Counted from the stretch's first letter, positions 50,532-62,748 are shown. The stretch: 64,000 nt of DNA from Octopus sinensis (GCF_006345805.1 NC_043021.1:21824001-21888000), one strand, 5' to 3'. Numbers and translations: made by a program. The notes: generated from the letters alone by a model not told the origin.

Positions 50532-50535
<4 letters not shown>
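50205..50535 (+). mobile_element. Tandem S4 3' fragments
   Basis: GAAGGGCATCCAG..AATCTGGTGCAGGCCCTCAGC..CATGGA..GATTTTA..GATGATG twice. Confidence 0.7.
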
Positions 50536-50579
<44 letters not shown>

Positions 50580-50680
50580 ATACCGGAGTAAACACATAAA
50601 TGTGAAACAAGGTGGAAAAAAGAGTACTCAAATACCAGTGGTAGAGTAATATGCTTTATTTAAAGCAGCAGAAAATTCAA

Positions 50681-50730
50681 CAAAACCTGTTACTCTGAGT
50701 TTCACGTTCCCGTTCTTCGGACAGTTTTTG
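50681..50730 (-). ncRNA. Minimal type I hammerhead motif, U4C variant
   Basis: CAAAAACTGT-CCGAAGA-ACG GGAA CGT-GAA-ACTC A GAGT-A-ACAGGTTTTG. Confidence 0.7.
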
Positions 50731-50915
50731 CTAGAATAGAACCGATATGTCAATTCTATCCAGACTAGTATAAACGCTACATCTTTAAAAATGGACTTTT
50801 TGTTTATCGCTCAAAAATTGACCGTCATTTGTAAAGGACCACTGAAACAAGTCCATTTTGAAAGGTGTAGCATTTATACTAGTTGGATAGAATTGACATA
50901 TCGGTTCTATTCTAG

Positions 50916-50965
50916 CAAAAACTGTCCGATGAACGGGAACGTGAAACTCAGAGTAACAGGTTTTG
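50916..50965 (+). ncRNA. Minimal type I hammerhead motif, U4C variant
   Basis: CAAAAACTGT-CCGATGA-ACG GGAA CGT-GAA-ACTC A GAGT-A-ACAGGTTTTG; helix I pairs at 9 of 10 positions; predicted cut after 50955. Confidence 0.7.
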
Positions 50966-51010
50966 TTAAATTTTATGCTGCTTTAAATAAAGCACATATA
51001 TATATATATA

Positions 51011-51312
51011 TGGAGGCGCAATGGCCCAGTGGTTAGGGCAGTGGACTCACGGTCACAGGATCGCAGTTTCGATTCCCAGACCGGGCGTTGTGTGTGTTTA
51101 TTGAGCGAAAACACCTAAAAGCACCACGAGGCTCCGGCAGGGGATGGTGGCGATCCCTGCTGTACTCTTTCACCACTCTTTCTCCCACTCTCTCCTCTGT
51201 TGGCCTGCTCGCTTAGCCAGCGGGGTGGCGCCATTCGAAGGCTAAAACAATGCGAATGCATTGTGACCAGCGATGTATAACAACATCTGATGGTGTCAGG
51301 TCACGTGATCAT
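51011..51312 (+). mobile_element. S3 tRNA-headed SINE
   Basis: Full head and body. Confidence 0.85.
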
Positions 51313-51959
51313 GTGATATATATATATATATATTTATGTACACACACAGACACACACACACACACGTATCATAGGTTGAATCCCAAACAGAAAGGACAAC
51401 AACATGGCGCAAATATTGTCCATCGACCATCGTTTTGTTTCCCTTTTACTGTGAATGACCCCATCGGAATATTTTAATTCAATCTTCATTGTTGCAGACT
51501 GACGCCAATGTAGTGGTAATGTGCCCTAAGATATGAAGATTTGTGAACTTCCACTCACATTCTACGCACACACATATTACACATACAAATACGAACATAA
51601 ATATACATACAAACATACATCCATATATATATATATACATACAAAAATAAATATATATACTTTGATAGGTAGATGAAAAGATATACAAACACACACTCAC
51701 AAATATGTATGTAGTTGTATGTATACATACATGTATGTGTATATTTGATATTCCTTTGGTGATTCCATGACAGTCTTATCATTTCTCCTTTCCCCTAGTG
51801 TCCGTCTGAGTCTATGAAAATAGTTTTCAGAAAACTGGAAAGGGTATTGATGCTGGTGATATATTTTATAATTTTATATATATATATATATATGTATATA
51901 TCTATCTATATTATATATATATACACACATACACACACATACACACAAACACATACATA

Positions 51960-51994
<35 letters not shown>

Positions 51995-52220
51995 ATGTAT
52001 GTAGTATATATTATATATATATTATATATATATATATATGTATTATATATATATATATATATATATATAGTATATATATACATACTACATACTTATACAT
52101 AATATTAAAAAATATAAATATATGCATATATACATACATCATATATATAATATAATAAAATATAAATATAAGCATATATACATACATATATGTACCTACC
52201 TACCTACCTACCTACCTACC

Positions 52221-52276
<56 letters not shown>

Positions 52277-53067
52277 CATATATATATATAGGTAAAGGAT
52301 ATCAAAATAACGTTGAACACAATGAGGAACAAAAACATAAAAACAAAAACATAGAAACAAATTTTTTTTCGAACAATGAAAAAACAACGGAGAGAAACGA
52401 GACACATACAACATAAAGAATATTCCCCTTCATCAGTTGTCCCTGTTTCATCTACTCCGCATTTCGAAGGCAAGGACAATATGTGACTCCGTTGAAACAG
52501 TCCTTTCCGTAAAGCAAATTAAATAAAATTTGGAATTTTTTGTGGAGTGTGTTAGTGGTAACAGGAACAGGACAGTGAGAACAAAACAGTAAAAACAAAC
52601 GGTGAGTTCAAATTCCGCTGAGGTTGACTTTACTTTTCATCCTTTCGGGGCCAATAAATCAAGTATTAGTGAAACACTGAGGCCAATGTAATCGATTGGT
52701 TTCTCCCCCCCACACCAAAATTCCAGGCCTTGTGTTTTTGGTAGAAAGCATTATTACTCGGACAGTTGGCTGGCAGAATCATTAGTATGCTGGACATTAA
52801 TGCTTAGCAACATTTCTTCTGGTTCTGAATGTTCAGAGTGAAAATCTTGTCAACATTGACTTTGTATTCCATCCTTCTTACGATCAATGAAATCAGCACC
52901 GGTTCAGAACTTGGCTCAATATCTACATATATACACATATATCTATATATATACATATATATATGTATATACACACATATCTATCTATCTATCTATCTCT
53001 CTCTCTATATATATATATATGTATATATATACACACACACACACACTGTATATATATATATATATAT

Positions 53068-53475
53068 ACTCTTTTTACTCTTTTACTTGTTTCAGTCATT
53101 AGACTGCGGCCATGCTGGAGCACCGCCTTTAGTCGAGCAAATCGACCCCGGGACTTATTCTTTCTAAGCCCAGTATTTAATCTATCGGTTCTCTTTTGCT
53201 GAACCGCTAAGTGACGGGGACGTAAACACACCAGCATCGGTTGTCAAGCAATGCTAGGGGGACAAACACAGACACACAAACATATAAACACACACTTATA
53301 TATATACATATATACGACAGGCTTCTTTCAGTTTTCGTCTACCACATCCACTCACAAGGCATTGGTCAGCCTGGGGCTATAGCAGAAGACACTTGCCCAA
53401 GGTGTCATGCAGTGGGACTGAACCCGGAACCATGTGGTTGGTAAGCAAACTACTTACCACACATACTTCTGCGCC
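53068..53475 (-). mobile_element. S1 SINE
   Basis: Full S1 head and tail. Confidence 0.9.
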
Positions 53476-53875
53476 ATTGTATAATGAACCTTTTCTTGTC
53501 AAAAATTAGGTTAAAAAATATGGGAATTTCTTATACATGGAAAGAATTATAATCCCTTACAAAGCCTTTTTTTCTAAATTTTAAGCCCCCAAAATTAGGG
53601 TGTTCCTTATACACAACGGTTCATTATACATGCTAAAGTACAGCAATTAATGAACTTCCTCCCCATAAAATTCCTGGCCTCTGGGCCACAATTAGAATAA
53701 CTTATTATAATTATTAGGACACTGGGTGAAATGTTTAGTGGCATTTTTTATGTTTATAGGTTTTGAGTTCAAATTCTACCAAAGTTGATTCTGCTTTCAT
53801 CCTTTCCGTGTTGATAAAAATAACTGCCAGTTGAGCATTGGGAGCAATTTTCTCCTTCCCTAAAAATTCCTGGTC

Positions 53876-53918
<43 letters not shown>

Positions 53919-54029
53919 AAGTCATATTAGTATTCTTTTATACTTTCCCAGTTGTCCATTAAGTACTTTAAATTTTTTTTTTTCTGACTTATTTTTGATT
54001 TCTCTACTTTGAATATAATGTAGTCAACA

Positions 54030-54257
54030 TGGCGAGCTGGCAGAAACGTTAGCACGCCGGGCGAAATGCGTAGCCGTATTTCATCTGCCGTTACGTTCTG
54101 AGTTCAAATTCCACCGAGGTCGACTTTGCCTTTCATCCTTTCGGGGTTGATTAAATAAGTACCAGTTATGCACTGGGATCGATATAATCAACTTAATCCC
54201 TTTGTCTGTCCTTGTTTGTCCCCTCTGTGTTTAGCCCCTTGTGGGTAGTAAAGAAAT
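54030..54257 (+). mobile_element. S2 SINE
   Basis: Full S2. Confidence 0.9.
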
Positions 54258-55316
54258 ACATATTTTGGACCCTTTTCCTACCCAAGAGCAACAGTTAGTT
54301 GCTATTATTCACATCCATTATCTGTTCTTGTTTTCCATTATGGGTTCAATCCGTGTTAGGGATTAGAGTTGTTTTTCATTGTTTTTGTTTTCTGTTTTTA
54401 CTTTTCTTTGTTCCAACCCCAGAAATAATTATTATCAAGCCTTTTTTTCTTATTTCTCCACAAGCAACAACGGTTCAACATCTATAATATACCACAGCAA
54501 GTTATAGATCCCACTAACTTGTTGTCTTGAATCCCATTGCAAGTCATTAAACTACTCCTTCCCACTTCATTCTACACTCAACCCATGTCATGATCTAATC
54601 TGGCAATAGAATAAATAGCACAAGAGACAAAAGCTACTACTTAAGATTAAATTCTCCTTATTTTCACCCTTTCATCTTTTCCTCCTCTCTTTTTCTGCTT
54701 TTACTCGTTTCTCACCAAAGCCCCCCCCCCCCGCCTGCCTCGTCCTTTCCTTTTAAGGATAGACAAGAGAGCGAATGGAATTTGTTTCGGAGAGCAAAAC
54801 GAACGATCAACAGTTTAAACTCAACCACGAGCGAGTCTCCTTCATTAATTACCGAGTTCAGCCATGCTCTTTAAACTCTTTGTTCATCTATGTGTAACGT
54901 AGCTGACCATTTGCGAGAAAAGGAAATGTTCAGATGCAAAGCAGCAAACAATTTAACTCGGAAAGAAGGGGCGGAGGGTGGGGGGTGCACACGCAGCGGA
55001 ATATATTCGAAGGATTCATCGGAGCGTGTGTGTTTTTCACAAGTGAACGCCTCTCCCTAACTAATGCTACCCGCTCATTCATAAAGTTGGATTCGATCAA
55101 CGTATTTTTCAGCTAGACTGACCGGGACCGGAGTAACTGAAGAGCTGATGGGGGTAATGTGGGCTTTTAGCCTAAGGACCACCACAAATTAATATTTGAC
55201 AATGGTCAGTGTGTTTAAAGTCTTCAGCCATTCATTTCCCAGATAATTTATATGTACATATGGATAAGTGTGTGGGTACTGTGTAGTGTGCAATTTGTGT
55301 GTGTGTGTATATATAT

Positions 55317-55416
55317 NNNNNNNNNNNNNNNNNNNNNNNNNNNNNNNNNNNNNNNNNNNNNNNNNNNNNNNNNNNNNNNNNNNNNNNNNNNNNNNNNNNN
55401 NNNNNNNNNNNNNNNN
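55317..55416. other. Assembly gap (100 N)
   Basis: Run of N; true length unknown. Confidence 1.
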
Positions 55417-55708
55417 GAATGTAAGGCAGACGAAATACCTAATTTCTTTACTACCCACAAGGAGCTAAACGAAGCTGCAGATGAAATACCTATTTCTTTA
55501 TTACCCACAAGGGGACAAACAAAGACAGACATAGGCATTAAGTCAATTACATCGACCCCAGTGCATAACTGGTACTTAATTTATCGACCCCCGAAAGGAT
55601 GAAAGGCAAAGTCGACCTCGGTGGAATTTGAACTCAGAACATAACGACAGACAAAATACGGCTACGCATTTCGCCCGGCGTGCTAACGTTTCTGCCAGCT
55701 CACCGCCG
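55417..55708 (-). mobile_element. S2 SINE with reiterated tail units
   Basis: GCAGA(C/T)GAAATACCTA(A)TTTCTTTA junction twice. Confidence 0.8.
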
Positions 55709-56034
55709 TTTTTTTTTTTTCTTTTGAAAATTCTATCTGAGCCATGTAAAAGTGTACATTAAATGATGGTGGGTGCTGGATGCTGCAGTAGAGTTGATAG
55801 CGGTTATTATCTACCATCACTCCAAAACAATTAAATAGCTATGATGACCAATAAGCATTTCGCCTGGCGTGCTAATGTTTCTACCAGCTCGCCACCTTAA
55901 CCAATATTCTCGTTTCTAAGGTAGCTAGTTAGCAGAATTGTTTGCAAGCCAGGCAAAGTGCTTGGCGATATTTCATCCATCTTTATGTGAGGCAGCGAGA
56001 TGGCAGAGTAAGTGCACTGTGCAAAATACTTAAT

Positions 56035-56525
56035 GCTAATAGCCATGTGTTGAGAGGGATTCTGTGGGGTGTGAATAATTCGCCTCTGGAAACATGGGTG
56101 TTTCATTCAACATCCTTAAACAACCCATGTGGTCTCGTGGTTAGGATTCCTGGCTTTCACCCAGGCGGCCCGGGTTCGATTCCCGGCATGGGAACGGCAT
56201 TTCTGTTTCAGCCTTGGTGCCCCAGCATGGCCGTGGCCTTCGGGCTAAAACATTTTAAAGGATTTTTTTTTTAAGGATTAACCCTTATTCAGGGACCTTT
56301 GGAGTGGGATGGGCTACTCAACCAGAAGAAAATTCTAACTGGGCCCCACCTGCAAGGTCATGTGTTGTTTATCTTGATCACCATGTCGCGCACATATGGT
56401 TGTGATGCATGTGCCTGGTGTACCCTTATCAGACGGGTAGTCGTGATGGGTATACTGGGCTTCATATATTTTACCCCAGTGTCACTTTGATGGCATGCAC
56501 TGCTCTCTCACATAATAATGATAAT
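56035..56525 (+). mobile_element. Family A repeat, 5'-truncated, split by the tRNA-Glu insertion
   Basis: Consensus CATCCTTAAACAACCCTTATTCAGGGACC is interrupted at AACCC. Confidence 0.8.
56123..56194 (+). pseudogene. tRNA-Glu(TTC) retrocopy or SINE head
   Basis: 72-nt cloverleaf: acceptor (A)CCCATG/CATGGGA, anticodon stem CCTGG/CCAGG with TTC at 56156-56158, T arm CCGGG-TTCGATT-CCCGG; position 1 is host A and the invariant A14 reads C. Confidence 0.85.
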
Positions 56526-56619
56526 GATAACATCACAAAAGAAAGTACCTTAGGTAGGAGAAGCCATGGTCGGGTTCAAAATTCTACCTGGAGGTTGGAG
56601 AGTAAATCACCATCATCAT

Positions 56620-57125
56620 CATCACAACAATAACCGTCCAATCTCAACCATCACTACCACCACCACCATAACCATCACCACCACCACAACTACTATCATC
56701 ATCCAGCCATCACCAACAAGCATTGAGCATCAACCAACACCATCATAATCATCGCCATTATGACCACCACCACCGACAACCATAACACCACCATCATCAT
56801 AATCATAATCATCATTTCTGACACTGAAATTGAACACCACCACCACTGCCGTTGTCATCATCATCATCATCTCTGACACCAAAATCAAGCACCACCATCA
56901 CCAACAGCACCACCACCACCACCATCACCACCACCACCACCACCACCACCACCACCATCACCACCACCACCACCATCACCACCACCACCACCATCACCAT
57001 CATCACCAGCACCACCATCACTATCACCACCACCATCACCACCACCATCACCACCACCACCACCACCAACAGCACCATCACCATAGCTGCTGCCACCACC
57101 ACCACCACCACCAGTACTAACAATT
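56620..57125. repeat. (CAC/CAT)n field
   Basis: Visible directly; source of the poly-H/T/G ORFs. Confidence 0.9.
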
Positions 57126-57964
57126 AAATGGAGCATTCTCATGGTTATTCCTCACGCACAAACACAACCCCTAAACATCCCCTACACCTTCCCACCATCA
57201 CCTCCACCTCCACCACGCACCAACCAACCAACCTCCCGACCAACCAGCCAGCCTACCACACCAACCAACGAAACAAACAAACAGACCTACCTTTTACCAT
57301 TCCATCCAAGACTCTCTACTTACCATTTTCACACGTTTTCTCTTTTTCCCTTCTCCCATCCATCCATCCATCCATCCATCAATCCTTCCTTCCTTTCCTC
57401 CTTCCATCTTTCCTTCCCATCCATCCTTGAGGTGAAATGCGCTTTTGTTGTTTGAAAGATTTTCAAGTTAAAAGAATTCTCCAAGACAAAATCTAAACCA
57501 AAACCTGAAAATTTGTTTTGGAATTGTCTCCTCTAAATCGGATTTAAGAGACCAATTTATTTACATATATTTTGGTTGTGCTTTGGTTTATTTGTTTCCC
57601 GCTGCATTCATTATTATCATTATTACTATTATTATTATTATTATTATTATCATCATTATTATTATTGTTGTTGTTGTTGCGATTATTATTATTATTATTA
57701 TTATTGTTATTGTTAAATCTGCGTTTGCAGCACGATGGGAATTGTTACAATTGATTGAGTTAATAGTGTGTCAGCCTACCGGCATATTTGATCGTTTTCC
57801 AACATTCCCCGCTCGCTCGCAATGGATAGAGAGAGTGCTCAGGTGTCAGAGTTGTCAAAATGTAACATTGCATTGTGAAGGCTTTCATCATGTCCTCACG
57901 AAAAATCCCTCTGTCAGGGAGTTAATGATGCATTGATCAGTTTTGCTTCCTTCTCTCTGGCTGT

Positions 57965-58001
57965 TCTAATCTATCTATCTTTCTATCTATCTATCCACCT
58001 G

Positions 58002-58036
<35 letters not shown>

Positions 58037-58165
58037 GTTGATTATCTATCTATCTATCTTTCTATCTATCCACCTATCTATCTATCCACCTATCTATCTA
58101 TCTATCTGTCTGTTGATTATCTGTCTATCTATCTTTCTATCTATCCACCTATCTATCCACCTATC

Positions 58166-58196
<31 letters not shown>

Positions 58197-58310
58197 CTGT
58201 CTATCTATCTATCTATCTGTCTATCTATCTATCTATCCACCTATCTATCCACCTATCTATCCATCTATCTATCTATCCATCTGTTGATTATCTATCTATC
58301 TACCTACCTT
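57965..58310. repeat. (ATCT)n tetranucleotide field
   Basis: Visible directly. Confidence 0.9.
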
Positions 58311-58547
58311 CCTTCGTTCTTTCCTTTTTTCTTTCTTTCTTTCATTCATTCATTCTTTCTTTCTTTCTTTGTATTTTGTCCCCTCTGTGTTCAGCTCTGT
58401 GTGGCCAATAAAGAAGCATTATCCATCCATCCATCCATCCATCTCTGCATCCATCCACTTGTCTATTAATCTATCTATCTCTATCTACTGTGTATGTCTC
58501 TGTGTCTATCTTTTTACTTGCATGTCTATCCATCCATGTATGTGTGT

Positions 58548-58770
58548 GTAGCTTAGTGGTTAGGGTGTTGGACTCATGGTCATAAAATTATGATTTCAAT
58601 TCCTGGACCAGGCAATGCATTGGGTCCTTGAGCAAAACTCTTCATTTTACATTGCTGCAGTCCACTGATCTAGTAAAAGTGAGTAACCCTGCAATGGACT
58701 GGCATTCCATCCAGGAGGGTAAATGTGCACCACAAAAACCAGGAAAATGGCCTCATGATTCTAAAAGTCT
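58548..58770 (+). mobile_element. S3b tRNA-headed SINE, degenerate
   Basis: GCTTAGTGGTTAGGGTGTTGGACTC..TTCAATTCCTGGACC..CCTTGAGCAAAACTCTTCATTT. Confidence 0.6.
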
Positions 58771-58799
58771 CTGGAAGACTCTATATTTTTTATATCCTA

Positions 58800-59622
58800 C
58801 TAGCATTAAAGACCCGTCGTTGCCGGGTCATAGTGCTAGTGCATGTATATATGTATATATATATATATATGTGTGTATATATTACATGTACATCTATATA
58901 TATACATCTACACATAAAATGCAAAATACACAGTTATATCTTGATATCGCTAGTGATAACAATACTCAAAATATATAACAGACTGGAATTGTTAGCTCTT
59001 CTTTTTTCTCTACATTGTATACTTTATAGACAATAGTCTTTTCTTTAATTTAATTTTTTATTATCCATCTGGACTATTCCGTTTCTGCACGCTAATTCTA
59101 TTTTTAATTTATTCCCATTCATGGGAAACCACTTATTCAAGTTCAAATCATTGATGCAATTTTATACCAATTGCTATTTTTACTTTTGTTATGTTATGAT
59201 TATGTTATACTTTAGTTTGATTTTAATTATTACTTACTACATATAATTCAATTGTTATTATTATTTTTATTGTTAAAGTGAAAGTATCTGACATAAAATA
59301 GAGAAACGTTTTTGTTTCACTTTTAACACGTAATACTGAAATAGTGGAGAAGATATGATATTGCTATGGGCTTGCTCTAGGCAAGAAGTTGAACATTTTT
59401 TTTGTCCATGAAACTACATGTGTAAAGTAAGGCATGTGTAAAATTTGAATGGAATTGGTTGTGTTGTTCTCAAGTTTTAGGGAATCGTAGTGGAGAAGAT
59501 ATGATATTGCTGTGGGCTCGCCCTAGGCAAAAAGTTCAAATGAAATTGGTTGTGTAGTTCTCAAGTTTTAGGGAAATACAAAGACAGACAGACACACATT
59601 CTCAGTTTTATATATATAAAGA
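58800..59622 (-). mobile_element. Non-autonomous Helitron family B, full length
   Basis: On -: A|TCTTTATATATATAAAACTGAG 5' end; GACCCGGCAACGACGGGTC hairpin; CTAG|T 3' end. Confidence 0.8.
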
Positions 59623-60339
59623 TTCTTCCTTTCGGGGTTGATAAATTAAGCACCAGTTGCATACTGGGGTTGATCTAATCGACTAGCCCCCTTCCCAAAA
59701 ATTTTGGGCCTTGTGCCTAGAATAGAAGAGATTCTATTTATTTTTATTAATCATTTGTTTGTTATTCAATGCTGTGTTTTTGTTGCTTCGGGGTTTTGCC
59801 AGTCTTTGCTAATTGTCCAGTTTCTATGGTGATCTGTCCTTTGGTAGTTTCGCTCATTACATTTTCTTTGATTACAGAATCCAAGACTGGGAAATGCTTC
59901 CTCTCATTCCAGCTGAATGCTATTCATTTGGATTGTATATAACTGAGGAATTCAAAAAAGAGTTGCTAAAGGCACAGCAGTCACTAGCAAAATTGTTTCA
60001 TAATTAAAGTCAGGATCTGGGGAGAATCAGAACTGCTATTTTAAACGATGGTTTTTCCTCATGCTAAGCATTCCGTCCATGACCATCCTACATTTTCATA
60101 TATAATCTATTACGCTGGAAATATAACCTTACTTTGTTTTTGTTTTCATTCTTAAAGGCAGTAGGTACATAATAATGGCTGTTATTTCTAAAACAAAACT
60201 TTTGTGCTTTTCCGCACAGATGTCACCTCTTTGACTCATTTGATAGATAAATATGTGGATATCTATGAATCTATGTCTATACCTGTATACTTATAAATAT
60301 GCATGTATACACACATACATATATACATATTCATACTTT

Positions 60340-60374
<35 letters not shown>

Positions 60375-60419
60375 CAATATATATATATTTGTAAAGTCAT
60401 AAATGAGGGAGAAATAATT

Positions 60420-60810
60420 TGTGGTAAGTAGCTTACTAACCAACCACATGGTTCTGGGTTCAGTCCCACTGCGTGGGACCTTGGGCAAGTGTCTTCTACT
60501 ATAGCCTCGGGCCAACCAAAGCCTTGTGAGTGGATTTGGTAGACAGAAACTGAAAGAAGCCTGTCGTATATATGTATATATATATATATATATGCATGTG
60601 TGTGTATATGTTTGTGTGTTTGTTCCCCCCAACATTGCTTGACAACCGATGCTGGTGTGTTTACGTGCTCGTAACTTAGCAGTTCGGGAAAAGAGACCTA
60701 TAGAACAAATACTAGGCTTACAAAGGATAAGTTCTGGGGTCGATTTGCTCAACTAAAGGCGGTGCTCCAGCATGGCCGCAGTCAAAATGACTGAAACAAG
60801 TAAAAGAAAA
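60420..60810 (+). mobile_element. S1 SINE, slightly 5'-truncated
   Basis: S1 body and tail. Confidence 0.9.
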
Positions 60811-61149
60811 AAGAAAAGAAGGAAAAAGATAAATAGTTTTAAAAACAAACAGAGAAAATAAAAAACATTTAAAGAATGCTAATAGAAATCTAATAATTTA
60901 AATCCACATTTTGTGAATTGGTTGCAGATTTTTTAGGCTTCCATTTTTTTTTGTTTTATTTTTTATTATTATTCTTGTTTCTCTTTCTTTCTGTGAGAAA
61001 TGTCGAAAATTCTTTCAAAATTTGACACAGAATCATTAGCCTTTTGTTTTTAGAAAAATAATTACAACATATATATATATATATCATCATCATCATCATC
61101 ATCATCATCATCGTTTAACGTCCGCTTTCCATGCTAGCATGGGTTGGAT

Positions 61150-62140
61150 GATATATATATATATATATTATATGGTGTGTATATATATATATATATATGT
61201 GTGTATATATATGTATATATATATATATATTATATGTTGTATATATATATATGTATATATATATATATGTGTGTATATATATATATATATATGTGTGTGT
61301 ATATATATGTATATATAATATATATAATAATATGTGTATATATATATGTGTATATATATATGTGTATATATATATGTGTATATATATATATGTATATATA
61401 TATATATTATATATATATATATGTGTATATATATATATATATATGTGTATATATATATATGTGTATATATATATGTGTATATATATATGTGTATATATAT
61501 ATGTATATATATATATGTGTATATATATATGTGTATATATATATGTGTATATATATATATGTGTATATATATATGTGTATATATATGTGTATATATATAT
61601 ATGTGTATATACATATATATGTGTATATATATATGTGTATATATATATATGTGTATATATATATGTGTGTATATATATATATATGTGTATATATATATAT
61701 GTGTGTATATATATATATGTGTGTATATATATATATGTGTGTATATATATATATGTGTATATATATATATGTGTATATATATATATGTGTATATATATAT
61801 ATGTGTGTATATATATATGTGTGTATATATATATGTGTGGTATATATATGTGCATATATATATATGTGCATATATATATATGCATATATTATATGTTGCA
61901 TATTTATATGTGATATATATATATATATGTGTATATATATATGTGTATATATATATATGTGTATATATATATGTGTATATATATATATGTGTATATATAT
62001 ATATGTGTGTATATATATATGTGTGTATATATATGTGTGCATATATATATATATGTGCATATATATATATATATGTATGTGTATATATATATATTTATAT
62101 GTATGTATATATATATATGTATACATATATATATATAAAA
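61150..62140. repeat. (TA)nTG compound microsatellite
   Basis: Visible directly; source of the 324-333-aa IY-repeat ORFs. Confidence 0.95.
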
Positions 62141-62748
62141 CATGAAATATGCTTAAGTGTCATTCTCATGCTTATCATCATCATCATCACTGCCACCACC
62201 GTCATCATCAGCATTGACATCATCATTGTAACCATCACTATCATCATCATCTCGAAGACCATCGTAATCACATCTCCATCAACATTCGCCCTGTCATTGT
62301 CTGTATAATTGTCATTGTCCTCATTTTCATCATGAAGATCCTCATCTCTGTGAACCTCATGGCCGTCATCACCAGCATCATCATAATCATCATCGTCGCC
62401 ATCATTATCATCCTCATCATCTTATTCGTCACCACTGTCATCATTTTCATTGCTTAAAAAAAAAATCAACATCATTATCATTATCATCATAATCATCAAC
62501 ATCATAATTGTCATTAGTATTATCAATGGCAGTATTAAAAAAGACAAGAATAATCACTCCCTCGCTCTTTCTCATTTTGTTCTCTCTCTCTCTCTCTCTC
62601 TCTCTCCCTTTTTCTTGTTCCCTCTCTACCTCTTTCTTGTTCTCTCTCTCTCTCTCACTCTGCCTTTCTCCAACTGCTCTGTTTCTCTTTCTCACCTTAT
62701 GATTTTCTCCCATCTTACAAAATTATATAAACACTCATGCAAACATAT

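Larger units (their letters stand above)
50582..50994. mobile_element. Fold-back element (about 145-bp inverted arms), putative Penelope-like inverted pLTR
   Basis: Arms 50651-50797 and 50849-50994, about 50-nt spacer. Confidence 0.75.

Noticed and set aside
52270-52610. CTGATGA on - at about 52436-52430 in a probable repeat
   Set aside because: No correctly placed GAAA and helix III, and a type II folding attempt fails.
55189-55602. ORFs spanning the N run
   Set aside because: Artefacts of the assembly gap.
6018-60752. Recurrent ORFs of the MLGGQTQTH..RQASFSFRLPNPLTR type
   Set aside because: They are antisense or sense readings of S1 SINE copies, variable in frame and length.
2342-62308. 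Long ORFs of 200-411 aa in the ORF track (poly-H/S/T, IY, CV repeats)
   Set aside because: They are translations of stop-free microsatellites, with no domain or splice support.
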